From Paramicrosporidium saccamoebae KSL3 (taxonomy: Eukaryota; Fungi; Cryptomycota): a stretch of DNA of 32,000 nt. A program made the translations under genes and the position numbers. Shown in pieces: positions 20,001 through 28,685 of the stretch (the first letter of the stretch is position 1; every line of letters starts with the position of its first letter). The notes beneath the pieces were generated by a model. That model was not told the DNA's origin, did not search any database, and saw only the letters and a list, made by a program, of their open reading frames with translations. The DNA lies in assembly GCA_002794465.1 (NCBI GenBank), contig MTSL01000178.1, positions 127,609 through 159,608 of the forward strand. Reading direction: 5' to 3'.

Positions 20001-20671
20001 TCTGGACCCTCTCTCTTCTTGAGGCGTTCTGGAATGTCGTCCATCGCGGGCCCAGTCTCTCCTCGAATGTGTCGTTCCTCACCGTCCTCATTGTTTTCAT
20101 TGTCTTCATCATTTTGGTTGTCTTGATTGTCTTCGTCTCCATCGTCCACCAAGCCAAGATAGTCGGTACCGTCGCCAAAAATGTCCAAAATGTCCTGGAT
20201 GACGCGGGCTGGAAGACGTCCTCCAAAGGCCTCGGCCAAAAATGCCTTAGTCTTGGTCTTTTCCTTTGGTTTGGGACGATCCTCGTCCATCTCTTCAATG
20301 AAGTCGGCCATTTCGTCTTCACTCTCCTCCAGCAACTCGCGTTCCCTTTGCTGGTCATAAGTCGGCTCGTCCTCGTCAAACAGCTTCTCCAAATCCTCCT
20401 TGGCCACTCGTTTGCGAACAATGGGTGCATCGTCTTCTGAATCCTCAGATTTTGCAAAAGTCTCCTTTGAATCGTCTTCATAAATACGTTGTTGAAGACG
20501 ACGGAAGCCGGACCGTTTCAAGTTTTCATTCAACAGTTCGAGGTCTTCGTCCTCCAGCTCGTCTGTCGATGGTTGGTTGCTCTCAACAGGCACCTCGGCA
20601 TTTCCAACTGTCACTTCCTCCTCCCCTCTGACCGCTGGTGTTTCTTCCTTACCCAAAGGGTCCATTGTCAT
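17099..20671 (-). CDS. SPT6: Transcription elongation factor / histone chaperone Spt6
   Basis: Acidic N-terminus with DIFGDG, YqgF-like region, GLGPRKA HhH, LDRTRVHPENY-x-LARKMAADA, S1 domain and tandem SH2 (HPAF-x-N...FRPSS...TWK). Confidence 0.93.
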   Translation of the reverse strand: MTMDPLGKEETPAVRGEEEVTVGNAEVPVESNQPSTDELEDEDLELLNENLKRSGFRRLQQRIYEDDSKETFAKSEDSEDDAPIVRKRVAKEDLEKLFDEDEPTYDQQRERELLEESEDEMADFIEEMDEDRPKPKEKTKTKAFLAEAFGGRLPARVIQDILDIFGDGTDYLGLVDDGDEDNQDNQNDEDNENNEDGEERHIRGETGPAMDDIPERLKKREGPEPEELEAEATWIALKWSQDVAFAEKFVNVDHPTLVATIAAVLSLFREHLLEVPTVATHRKEYFQHLMGLNDLWSIWDLDEQWALLRRQQKLMLQQVEDELLVKVVQSADSMEILAVVSDYLRWDKKRGTRQELEQQRIASTLAMEQFVENLQKQQCIHHPNSSEGNPLDSTALIAHVSAYIGHHPYGHLSIRSSLERMAAITVTPTERGLQEVDNQHEMASILYVTNKPTGAFQEDQFLLLVKGEAVGLLTFQVVFPGLEESREHFSRLYGAGGEDEWSQVRRQALSKAIDDFILPPLRRHVTAKLRHNAERWVATAGQYLLQDKMMSLPYTGTKAMAVSWGTGGPDAVLMAVIVDNRGRVLEQTRIARLHPKHRANNRDEWDRLVQFAVDNEPGCILVAGRTLETRDLYEELRGQKISYGEGRTKRPTTSPTVMYAEDDTARIYCISARGQREWPDMPPLVRYCIAVARRWMNPLFELTALSDVELLALDPSPLASLVRTDTRLKHLHRAFVNVVNLVGVDLHQTLSGAWMRSPLQYVCGLGPRKAEMLVKSLAHTTIANRTELSRWLGPVVCFNCASFLRISGDEPLDRTRVHPENYPLARKMAADAMELALEDDERAVHAVMQHPTRLDDLLLDEYAKELIKRGQPAKHLTLLDIKAELQQPYTDLRTLSTGPSEEALFEMLTGENERTLWIGAPVRVQIVRVGDRIIARLASGVEGTLHTGERLRPGQSVDAKVVSIDLVSFSVDCKLQRPDESCSPRFGRDPYYDSSRIASVPVRTPSVRSAPRVVHPAFRNVSRSQAETLLKDAVLGEAIFRPSSRDGAHVTCTWKLDDGPTALFQHIDLQLRDNEVRVGSLHYEDLDEVVARHIEPIASYLRDVKATPKYHIGDTASHLLEMRRQNPDRIAYCLVLDHRRPGHVILSFQPGGREYREPVDVTPSGFILRGKRFDTIEALIVWFKQNYRSQ

Positions 20672-20932
20672 GAGCTAAACAGCAATTAATGACCCCTGTG
20701 CGCTTAGGAAGGGTCTACACTGGGATGGCTGTGATGGCTCATGACGGTCAAGGGACTGTTAATCCTACTACACTGATTATTACGCAGTGGTTATCATGCA
20801 TGCGAAGGTTGCGATGAATGTCAATTACCATACACCACCGATTATTATTACTATTAATTCGATTTGCATTCTGTTTATACTCATCTTTAAATCTTCACTA
20901 CTATCCCTTCCTCCAAAAATGATATCAGTTTA

Positions 20933-22177
20933 TTACATCCACTTCTTCTCCCTCTTATCCATCCGTTGTTTGACAGCCAGGAAACCCGCCAAGATGGCCA
21001 CTTGCAATGCCATAAACATCAAATAGCTGCCATATCGGCTAACAGTGCTCGTCGGCTCCACCGCCTTTCGGAGGGTGGCGTGTTCTTGCTGCACCAATGT
21101 TGTCTGACCCCGCAATCCGTCCAACCGAGCCTTTAGCTCTTCCCCCAGATGATGCAACTCTTCGCCAAGATGACTTTGGTCGTTGTGATGCAGTTGCTCA
21201 GCCAGTCCTGCAATAGTCTGTTGCATTGTACTTAGAGTGTCTCCTACACTTTTGATGCGGTCATCGAGGGAGGAAAGATGGCTGCTGCTAACCTTTCGCA
21301 CGGCATCCTCACTATGGCCACTGATTATCTTGGGCATATATTGGCGCAGCTGTCCTGCCAATGCCTTTTCAATTTGCGCAGAAATGTCACGATGGTCCTG
21401 ATTCGAAGCGACAGCGGGCTTACTGTTATTGTGGTCCTCACTGAGCGGTCGTCCTCCATAGACCTTTAGATCGAGTAGCTCCAGACCATCTGGATAGCTG
21501 TTGGTCATACCGGACACTCCGAAAAAGTAACCAGCCGGCAGTTTGATTCCCACCCGTTCGAAACAGTTTACAAACTCTCGACCATCGGTAGAGTCGTCCA
21601 ATTCAACACGCAACATTTCTCGCACATAGGTAACACGCAAGGTGAGAGGCGAGGCCAGATTTCGGACATTACGGAGACATCCTGCAAAGTATTGTCCTTC
21701 TCCGTCCTGGGCGTGATTATAGGTCGTTGTTCCATTGTTTAGGATCCCCATGATCGCCGGATTATTTCCTCTTCCATCGTCGTCATATGTGTCAATCAGA
21801 ATTCCCAGTCCCGTCCACAGATCTGCTCCGCCCATTACTGGTCCCGTTGCGCGATCCTTGGAATACCACAGTGCCATTCCCTCCCCGCCCAGCTTCTCTC
21901 CCGTAATCTGGATTTTGGCATGGATCTGCCAATCAGTAAACTCGCTGGGGATTTTGGACCAGATCGCTCCGCCCAGGTTAGGCTGGCGTTTTCCAAAAAG
22001 AATGGACCCGGGGGAAATGTCCACTGCTCCGTGTTGGTCATAATTGGGCAGGGTGGAGTGCAAGAAGGGCGACGTGGCACCCAGAGCGACCTCGTTTGAT
22101 AGTGAAAAGCCGGAGGCATTACTGGCCGTTGCGGCTGCGACAAATGTGAAGAGGAGCTGGATTTTGCTTATTTGCAT
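20933..22177 (-). CDS. EMP47: L-type lectin cargo receptor, Emp47/ERGIC-53 (LMAN1)-like
   Basis: Signal peptide, lectin motifs GEGMALWY and GLGILIDTYDDD, GYFFGVSGMT, coiled-coil stalk, TM helix and C-terminal di-lysine signal KKWM. Confidence 0.85.
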   Translation of the reverse strand: MQISKIQLLFTFVAAATASNASGFSLSNEVALGATSPFLHSTLPNYDQHGAVDISPGSILFGKRQPNLGGAIWSKIPSEFTDWQIHAKIQITGEKLGGEGMALWYSKDRATGPVMGGADLWTGLGILIDTYDDDGRGNNPAIMGILNNGTTTYNHAQDGEGQYFAGCLRNVRNLASPLTLRVTYVREMLRVELDDSTDGREFVNCFERVGIKLPAGYFFGVSGMTNSYPDGLELLDLKVYGGRPLSEDHNNSKPAVASNQDHRDISAQIEKALAGQLRQYMPKIISGHSEDAVRKVSSSHLSSLDDRIKSVGDTLSTMQQTIAGLAEQLHHNDQSHLGEELHHLGEELKARLDGLRGQTTLVQQEHATLRKAVEPTSTVSRYGSYLMFMALQVAILAGFLAVKQRMDKREKKWM

Positions 22178-22410
22178 GGAAATTTAGTTTACAAAATTGC
22201 ATTGCATCCGTCTATAACAAACAAATGTAGTTGTCATGGCCACTGACAAGGGCAAACAAAAGTGGTGGATTGAATTTGGATTAGGTTGTAGCAAGTTGGG
22301 TTAATCTGAATGGCGATGAATTGAGGAATACAATGACTCGATACAGTTGTGACGTAGAGGTAGAGGATGGATTAGTTGGGTATTTGAGGATGGTTCTCTA
22401 GTTTGGAGAA

Positions 22411-22515
22411 GACATTTGTGTGATAGAGCGGACTGATTAGCTGGGTATCCATACTATTCGAGGATTAGCAGTGAACAACCCCCTTCCTGTCTGTGGTATT
22501 ATTACCACTACGCGA
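22411..22515 (-). ncRNA. Conserved structured non-coding element, copy 2 (candidate ncRNA or dispersed repeat; strand inferred)
   Basis: Homologous to 7091-7220 with a shorter central spacer; perfect GTGGTA-ATAA-TACCAC hairpin and long hairpin on the minus strand. Confidence 0.45.
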
Positions 22516-22646
22516 CACAGTACACGATGGCAATAAGAGGTCTAACCTTTTGATCTAGCCATTAGAAACAATACCAGCCAATCTATTCCTCTCGCTCTCG
22601 CTTTTGTTTTTGCTTTTACTCTCGTTTATTAATGACTATGAACCCT

Positions 22647-23435
22647 TTAACGGACAAGACGCGATTCGGCCTTGGCAAGATGGTCAGAGTGCACCTGGAG
22701 AGGGGATGCATTCAGGGGAGAGTCGGTCCACAGATCGGGGGTGTGGTACGAGCAGGTGTTGGTGATGGCATTAAAGGTGGCACGGATAAAGTTTCCAAGA
22801 GTCTTGGTCTTTCCGCGGGTCTGCGAGTAGACGTCCTCAACACCAGCAAGCTCCAAAAGCTTCTTGATCTTGGGGGCAGACACAATTCCGGTTCCGCGGG
22901 GAGCAGGCACCAAACGGCACGAGACGGATCCGCACTTTCCGGTGACCTTGGCCGGCACAGTGTGCGGCTCACCGATCAAATTGCCCCAGTAGCCGAGACG
23001 GACGGGCACAATGCTAAGCTTGGCCAGGATCATGGCGCCACGGATGGCAGTTGCCACTTCCTTGCTGCACTTGACACCAAGACCAACGTGTCCAGCAGAG
23101 TCTCCAATGATGACAAAGGCCTTGAAGCGGGTGCGCTGTCCGGCTTGAGTCTGCTTCTGCACGGGCATAATCTTGATGACCTCATCAGTCAACTTGGGGA
23201 AGAAGTGATCAATAATCTGATACTCCTTCACGGCCATCGAGTGACGATAGATTTCCGACATGTCGCGGATCTTTCCGTCCTTGACGAGACGTCCCAGCTT
23301 GGTGACGGGGACCCATTCCTTGTCCTCCTCCTTTCCACGGCCACGAGCGCCGCCACGGCCTCCACGGCCACCGCGACCACCACGACCTCCACGGCCGCCA
23401 CGTCCAGAGCGTTCAGGGCGAGATGCGTCTGCCAT
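22647..23435 (-). CDS. RPS2: 40S ribosomal protein S2 (uS5)
   Basis: RGG-rich N-terminus, [44 protein letters not shown]. Confidence 0.99.
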   Translation of the reverse strand: MADASRPERSGRGGRGGRGGRGGRGGRGGARGRGKEEDKEWVPVTKLGRLVKDGKIRDMSEIYRHSMAVKEYQIIDHFFPKLTDEVIKIMPVQKQTQAGQRTRFKAFVIIGDSAGHVGLGVKCSKEVATAIRGAMILAKLSIVPVRLGYWGNLIGEPHTVPAKVTGKCGSVSCRLVPAPRGTGIVSAPKIKKLLELAGVEDVYSQTRGKTKTLGNFIRATFNAITNTCSYHTPDLWTDSPLNASPLQVHSDHLAKAESRLVR

Positions 23436-23439
23436 TTTA

Positions 23440-23475
23440 CTACAGTCATTAACGGGATGGATGGATGGGCCATAC
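23440..23475 (-). other. 36-nt 5'-UTR intron of RPS2, ending 4 nt before the ATG
   Basis: AAG|GTATGG...GTTAATGACTGTAG|TAAAATG; contains CATCCATCCATCCC. Confidence 0.75.
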
Positions 23476-23542
23476 CTTTCTTGGTCTCTAAGGGTGAGTC
23501 AAGAAGACTGACCCTGGCAAGGCCATCGGTACTTGGCCGCGG

Positions 23543-25690
23543 ATGAAAGCTGATTGTATGTATGTTTCGGCCGGCTGTTCTCCCGAGACAGACGTTCTGG
23601 ATGTATCTCCAGACGGACTACTCGCATACGGTTCGGGCCCGAATGTTCTTATTACATCAGTGACCAATCCAAGAGCGAGGCTAGTCCAGGAACTTCCTAC
23701 AGGACACGTCCACTGCATTCGATTGCTATGTAATGTCAGTGGCGCTGTTTGCTGGGTCATGGCAGGTTCCGTAGACGGAACCGTGCGCACCTGGACACCA
23801 AAAGGGGCTGCAGGTCCTGTTTTAAAGATAGGAAATCCTGTGAATGCTATTGCAGTTGCACGGTCTGGAGACTCGCAGTGGATTGTCTGCGCATCGGATA
23901 CACAGGGCAATGTGCATTTAGCCTCATTTGATGGCAAAGATTATCAAAATGTCACTTCGATGGCTGTCAGTAGTCGTAAAGTCATCTCGGTAGGGATAAT
24001 GTTGGTTGAGGGTGTGCCAGTTGTGCTGGCTGGCTTGGGTGATAGTCAACTCGCCGTCCTTATGGACTCCAGGATTGTTCTTAGACTCGGCGGACATTCC
24101 AACTGGATTAATTCTATCGACTGCATTGTCGTTGATGGTGTACTTTATTTTGCAACCGGCTCGTCTGATCGGACTGTGCGGGTTTGGAAGGTTAGCCCGG
24201 TTAAGGAAAAACCGACGGGGTTAGTGGAATTGGTTCCGAGTCGCACCGAATTTGTCCTTTCCAATGGCATTAAATATGAGATATCATGCGACACAATCAT
24301 TTATGGACACGAAGGCATGATAAACTCGGTCCGGTGGGACCGCCAGTCCAAGAGGCGTTGTCTAGTGACCGCCTCGGCAGATCGCAGCTTGATCATATGG
24401 GAACCCGCCATTGATGGATGGAAAAGTATCATGCAGTTGGGCGAGATTTCTGGTATGAGTACTGCTAGTGGTTTCTTCTCGGGACTCGTCTGTACTGTTA
24501 ATGGGAAAGAACGGATCATTGCACACGGTGCCACGGGAAGTATTATACAGTATGCCCGCTCGGATTGTCATGAACTGTACAAAGTGACAGAACCAATAGT
24601 GACAGGCCACACGGGCAGCATTCAGTCATGCTCTTGGGAGCCCAATGGAGAGTTTCTGGCAACTACCAGTCTGGACAAGACGACACGTATTTTTGCACCC
24701 CGTTTGGATGGCGATTGGAATGAAATTGCCCGTCCGCAGATTCACGGCTACGATATGCAAGCCATCAGTGTCCTCGATTCTGGCCACTTTCTTTCTGCTG
24801 GCGATGAAAAAATTCTTCGATCGTTTGAGGCACCAAAATCATTTTCCATTCGTCTCAAATGCATGAATGGGGCTGCTTTAGAGGAGAATGAACACGCTGA
24901 GGCCGTGGTAGTTCCGGCATTGGGATTGTCTAATAGAATGGGCGGTTCTGAAGATGAAAGAGTCGTCCTCCCTGACATGTCTCTTGACAAGTCACCCTCC
25001 GAGTACGATCTTTGTAAACACACATTTTGGATTGAGACGGATAAGTTGTATGGACACGGCTTGGAGGTTTATTCTCTGGCGATTAATCGCACAGGACAAT
25101 TGGCTGCATCAGCCAGCAAATCAACCACAACCATTGACGCTGCCATCCATTTTTGGTCCCGTAATCCAAACAACACCTGGACACCACTCTCGTCCATCAA
25201 TGTACATGCCTTGACGGTGGTTAGGATGAAATTCTCGCCTGATAGTCGGTATCTCCTCAGCGTATCTCGGGACCGTCATTTCTCCATAATTGACCTCCGG
25301 GAGCAGCCAGTCTGCGTCCAATATCAGGAGGCACATGGTCGAATTATTTGGTGCGCAGACTGGTCCCACGACGGCAGCTTCTTTGTCACGGGCTCTCGTG
25401 ATCGCACCATTAAAACCTGGCACCGAACAGGCGACTTGTGGACAGAATCGAGTCGCATTCAATTCGAATCCCCAGTCACTGCAGTTGCCCTACATGCCTC
25501 CAATTTAATGGCTGTTGGTTTAGAAAATGGATCGCTTGCCTTTTATAGACTCACAAACGATGCATGGACATTGGCAGTCATGCATAGTAATGCGCATTCT
25601 GCACCAATCACTGATCTCCAATGGCGGCCACAGTCTGACCAGTTGGCGGCCGTTTCCAACACTGTTCAAATTTACAGCCTTGTCAGTTAA
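23543..25690 (+). CDS. ELP2: Elongator complex subunit 2 (WD40)
   Basis: WD repeats with Elp2 hallmarks EIARPQIHGYD, DEK-I-L-R-S-F-E-A-P, KLYGHGLEV, AHGRIIWCADW. Confidence 0.93.
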   Translation: MKADCMYVSAGCSPETDVLDVSPDGLLAYGSGPNVLITSVTNPRARLVQELPTGHVHCIRLLCNVSGAVCWVMAGSVDGTVRTWTPKGAAGPVLKIGNPVNAIAVARSGDSQWIVCASDTQGNVHLASFDGKDYQNVTSMAVSSRKVISVGIMLVEGVPVVLAGLGDSQLAVLMDSRIVLRLGGHSNWINSIDCIVVDGVLYFATGSSDRTVRVWKVSPVKEKPTGLVELVPSRTEFVLSNGIKYEISCDTIIYGHEGMINSVRWDRQSKRRCLVTASADRSLIIWEPAIDGWKSIMQLGEISGMSTASGFFSGLVCTVNGKERIIAHGATGSIIQYARSDCHELYKVTEPIVTGHTGSIQSCSWEPNGEFLATTSLDKTTRIFAPRLDGDWNEIARPQIHGYDMQAISVLDSGHFLSAGDEKILRSFEAPKSFSIRLKCMNGAALEENEHAEAVVVPALGLSNRMGGSEDERVVLPDMSLDKSPSEYDLCKHTFWIETDKLYGHGLEVYSLAINRTGQLAASASKSTTTIDAAIHFWSRNPNNTWTPLSSINVHALTVVRMKFSPDSRYLLSVSRDRHFSIIDLREQPVCVQYQEAHGRIIWCADWSHDGSFFVTGSRDRTIKTWHRTGDLWTESSRIQFESPVTAVALHASNLMAVGLENGSLAFYRLTNDAWTLAVMHSNAHSAPITDLQWRPQSDQLAAVSNTVQIYSLVS

Positions 25691-25936
25691 CGTTAGTGTT
25701 AATGTTAGCGAAAGTGACAGTGAAAGGGGAATGATGTGATTAGTCCTGCAGCGAGCCGAGATTGCCCGCATTACCACCGATAATATTAGACTAAACTGTT
25801 ATCGCCAACACCAACTCCTTTAATAGTATCTATCCCTTTTTACTAATAGCCTCCTTTTCTTTACTGCTTTATCTCTCCCCCCTCACGCACACACATATGG
25901 ATAAATACGAATAGTTTATTGACCCGTCTTGTTTAC

Positions 25937-26373
<437 letters not shown>

Positions 26374-26440
26374 CTATCGGTTAGTATCAGCAAGCGTGAC
26401 GACAAGGGGATGGATGGATGACCAAGGGACGGAAACTTAC
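26374..26440 (-). other. 67-nt 5'-UTR intron of RPL40, ending 3 nt before the ATG
   Basis: AAG|GTAAGT...TACTAAC-CGATAG|ACGATG: perfect donor, branch point and acceptor; contains CATCCATCCATCCC. Confidence 0.85.
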
Positions 26441-26514
26441 CTTAGGACCAGCGGCACCAACCAGGGTTGGCGGGCAATACAAGTGGGACGCTGATTGGTG
26501 CGAGTTGGAGGACG

Positions 26515-27871
26515 ATGTTGGACAGCGTGTTCTGTCTAGGCGTCTCGGCGTTTATGGTGCTGGGGCCTCTGCTCATAGCAAATCACAGTACAAACCATTT
26601 GAAGACTAATTGTAGTGTCGACGACGGTGACGCTGGTGCACGGGGCGCGGGTTGCGCAATGGCAGCTGATATTGTTTGTGACGATGGCCGGCTGTGTACT
26701 AGGCTCGCCCGTCTGGGGTATTCTGCGCGAGTACTTTGAAACCCGCATGGTGGCCATCCAGCTGGTGGGCAATCCGACAAATGGAATGTTATTTGGACTG
26801 CTGGGGTGGACGATAGCGCTGTTGGGTGGGGCAGCAGCCTTGGGGGTCCCTGTCCCAACAACACTGACCCTGATTTTGGGTCTATTAGTAGGGGCACGAG
26901 TAGCTGGACTGTCCGTCTCCCTTATGCCGCTGGGATCATTGTTGATTGTACACGGTGTGGTTATGGCGGCATCGGTAGTGGGAAGTCTGATCGCACATTA
27001 CATGTTTAATAATCTTGTAAACAAGGCTGACGACCCCCTGGATGCCGCCCTATGGCTTCTCCCATTCCTGTTTGTGTTTGTCATCCCAATCCACGGAACC
27101 CTACTGCTCATGTCGCTGTTTCCGCTCGTGGGAAAACCGCTTAGTCCCCTTTGGATGTATCTTTTGGGGGGCGGTCTGCAGATTGTATTCATGGCAACAA
27201 CGCTGGTGTGGGCGCGAGTATTCATTGTCAATCGGACGAAGCGGTTAGTGTTTGAGCGTCATCCCCAAAATGTGTTGGAATATGCGCCGTCATTGGGAGA
27301 GCAGCGTCTGGCGGAGCGCGGAATGGTGGTGGGAAGACAATCTCCGTCACCGTCGGCCGATTCAGGATCAAGTCAAGGCTTGAACAAGTCACGTGCCGAA
27401 GAATCCTTCACCCTGTTACTACTGGCCATTTTAGCCATTTCGGGAATCACGCAGGGGATTTTGGACATGGGTACGATTTTGGGAATGCATCGGGTGTTTT
27501 CAGGTCTAACAGGCACTCCAAGGGCATTCTGGCTGTTGGGAATCTCCTCGGTGGTACTCAGTGTGCCGATGGTTCTTCTGACGACAAGACGGATAGCAAA
27601 GCCTCTGGGCGACATTGCGGCACTGGGGATGATGATGACAACAGCCGTGGAGCTGGGATGTTATCTACCGATGCAGGCGGCCTTGTTCCTGGGATGGCCC
27701 ATTAGTCCGGTGCTATGCAAATTACCCGCGGTGCTATTAGTAGCGTGGCTTGGTGGTCGCGGTATCCATCGGAGGACGGCCTTGCAAGCGACATTGGCCG
27801 TGACTCTTTCCCCCATAATTGTTGTTTCGTTGGTAGCCCTTACTGCGTTCCTTGTTGCCATGTGGAGATGA
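26515..27871 (+). CDS. Highly divergent PiT/Pho89/SLC20-family phosphate transporter homologue, 442 aa; intron 26588-26615
   Basis: 28-nt GTACAA..ACTAAT..TGTAG intron adds an N-terminal TM exon (ATG 26515). Inverted-repeat topology with LGVPVPTTL and LGWPISPVLCK matching PiT P-V/I-S-T-T-H motifs, and QGILD matching HGAND. Confidence 0.65.
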
Positions 27872-28030
27872 TCCATGTTGAGACGATGGAGCTTTGGTAA
27901 TAGATGGACAAAGGGTACATTGTAAAATATGATAGACTAAAATACATAATATAAGTATGCCAATATTGACAGACCAGAGAGAGAGATATAGTGCGAATGC
28001 TAATATGAGTATGGTGTTTAAGTGGAGGGA

Positions 28031-28143
28031 GACTTGATTAGATTGAGAGAAACATGATCAAGTAGAGGACCTGATGAAACGGAGGAAATTCTGATCAACT
28101 AGAAAGACCTGATTAAACAAAGAAAATTCTGATCAACTAGAAA
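28031..28143. repeat. Tandem array of about 3 x 38 bp with six TGATNA cores spaced 17-20 bp apart
   Basis: GACCTGATGAAACGGAGGAAATTCTGATCAACTAGAAA (28068-28105) and GACCTGATTAAACAAAGAAAATTCTGATCAACTAGAAA (28106-28143), plus a degenerate copy at 28031-28067. Confidence 0.85.
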
Positions 28144-28215
28144 GAAACAATTCATCTCCCATGTCATATAACACCACATATCGCATATCACAAACCAGCC
28201 GGGGTAGTCTTCAAT

Positions 28216-28674
28216 ATGACGGACAAGCTTATGATGTCGCTCGACGACATAATCAAAACCGAAAAGCCGCGTCACTCTGCCTCACGCGGCCGTGCTGGAC
28301 GTGGCCGTGGTGCTTCAAGGGGAGTGAGCAAGACACATTCGGTGCGCAGCCATACCGCTTCAAGACCCAACACCCGACCCACCGACACTCGACGGGATAA
28401 CCGTCCCGAAACTCGTCCGGTAAGCCGTCCAGTAGCCCGTCCAGCAACCCGTCAGACGACTCGTCCTCATACCGCCCAGCGACCCTCAACTCAGCGACCT
28501 GTCCGTTCGCCGACAAAGAAGCAACAGAATTATGAAATCACCATTGTTAACGACCGCGCATCGGAAGCACCGACCTCGTACCGCACAATGGACGTTTATC
28601 CCAGTCGACCCGCAGTAGAGCGATACCGTCCGCCGGTGACATATGGACATATGGAACAGATCCGCAAGCCTTAA
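28216..28674 (+). CDS. Basic low-complexity protein with N-terminal UAP56/Sub2-binding motif (Yra1/ALYREF/UIF-like), no RRM
   Basis: MTDKLMMSLDDIIK matches the ALYREF/Yra1 N-terminal box, followed by an RG/RP-rich region. Confidence 0.7.
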   Translation: MTDKLMMSLDDIIKTEKPRHSASRGRAGRGRGASRGVSKTHSVRSHTASRPNTRPTDTRRDNRPETRPVSRPVARPATRQTTRPHTAQRPSTQRPVRSPTKKQQNYEITIVNDRASEAPTSYRTMDVYPSRPAVERYRPPVTYGHMEQIRKP

Positions 28675-28685
28675 TAAATTCGTTT

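Noticed and set aside
20753-20766. ACTGTTAATCCT, 11/12 match to the core of the conserved element
   Set aside because: The other blocks and the hairpin are missing; too short to call a third copy.
22431-22480. SECIS-like reading of the conserved element (TGAT...TGAA)
   Set aside because: The G.A quartet is absent in copy 1 (GTAAAC), helix II is irregular, there is no apical AA, and no + strand gene lies upstream of copy 2.
23336-23405. GC-rich 9-bp-period repeat
   Set aside because: Encodes the normal RGG-rich N-terminus of RPS2.
22632-23546. 304-aa + strand ORF
   Set aside because: Antisense shadow of RPS2; expected from the codon bias of a highly expressed gene, with no independent motif.
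25458-25475. TTCGAATCCC resembling a tRNA T-loop
   Set aside because: Inside the ELP2 coding frame with no cloverleaf; no tRNA, including tRNA-Sec, was found in the window.
28031-28143. CRISPR array or C/D snoRNA cluster interpretation of the tandem repeat
   Set aside because: No unique spacers, eukaryotic context, and the CTGA/TGATGA words lack terminal stems or recognisable guides.
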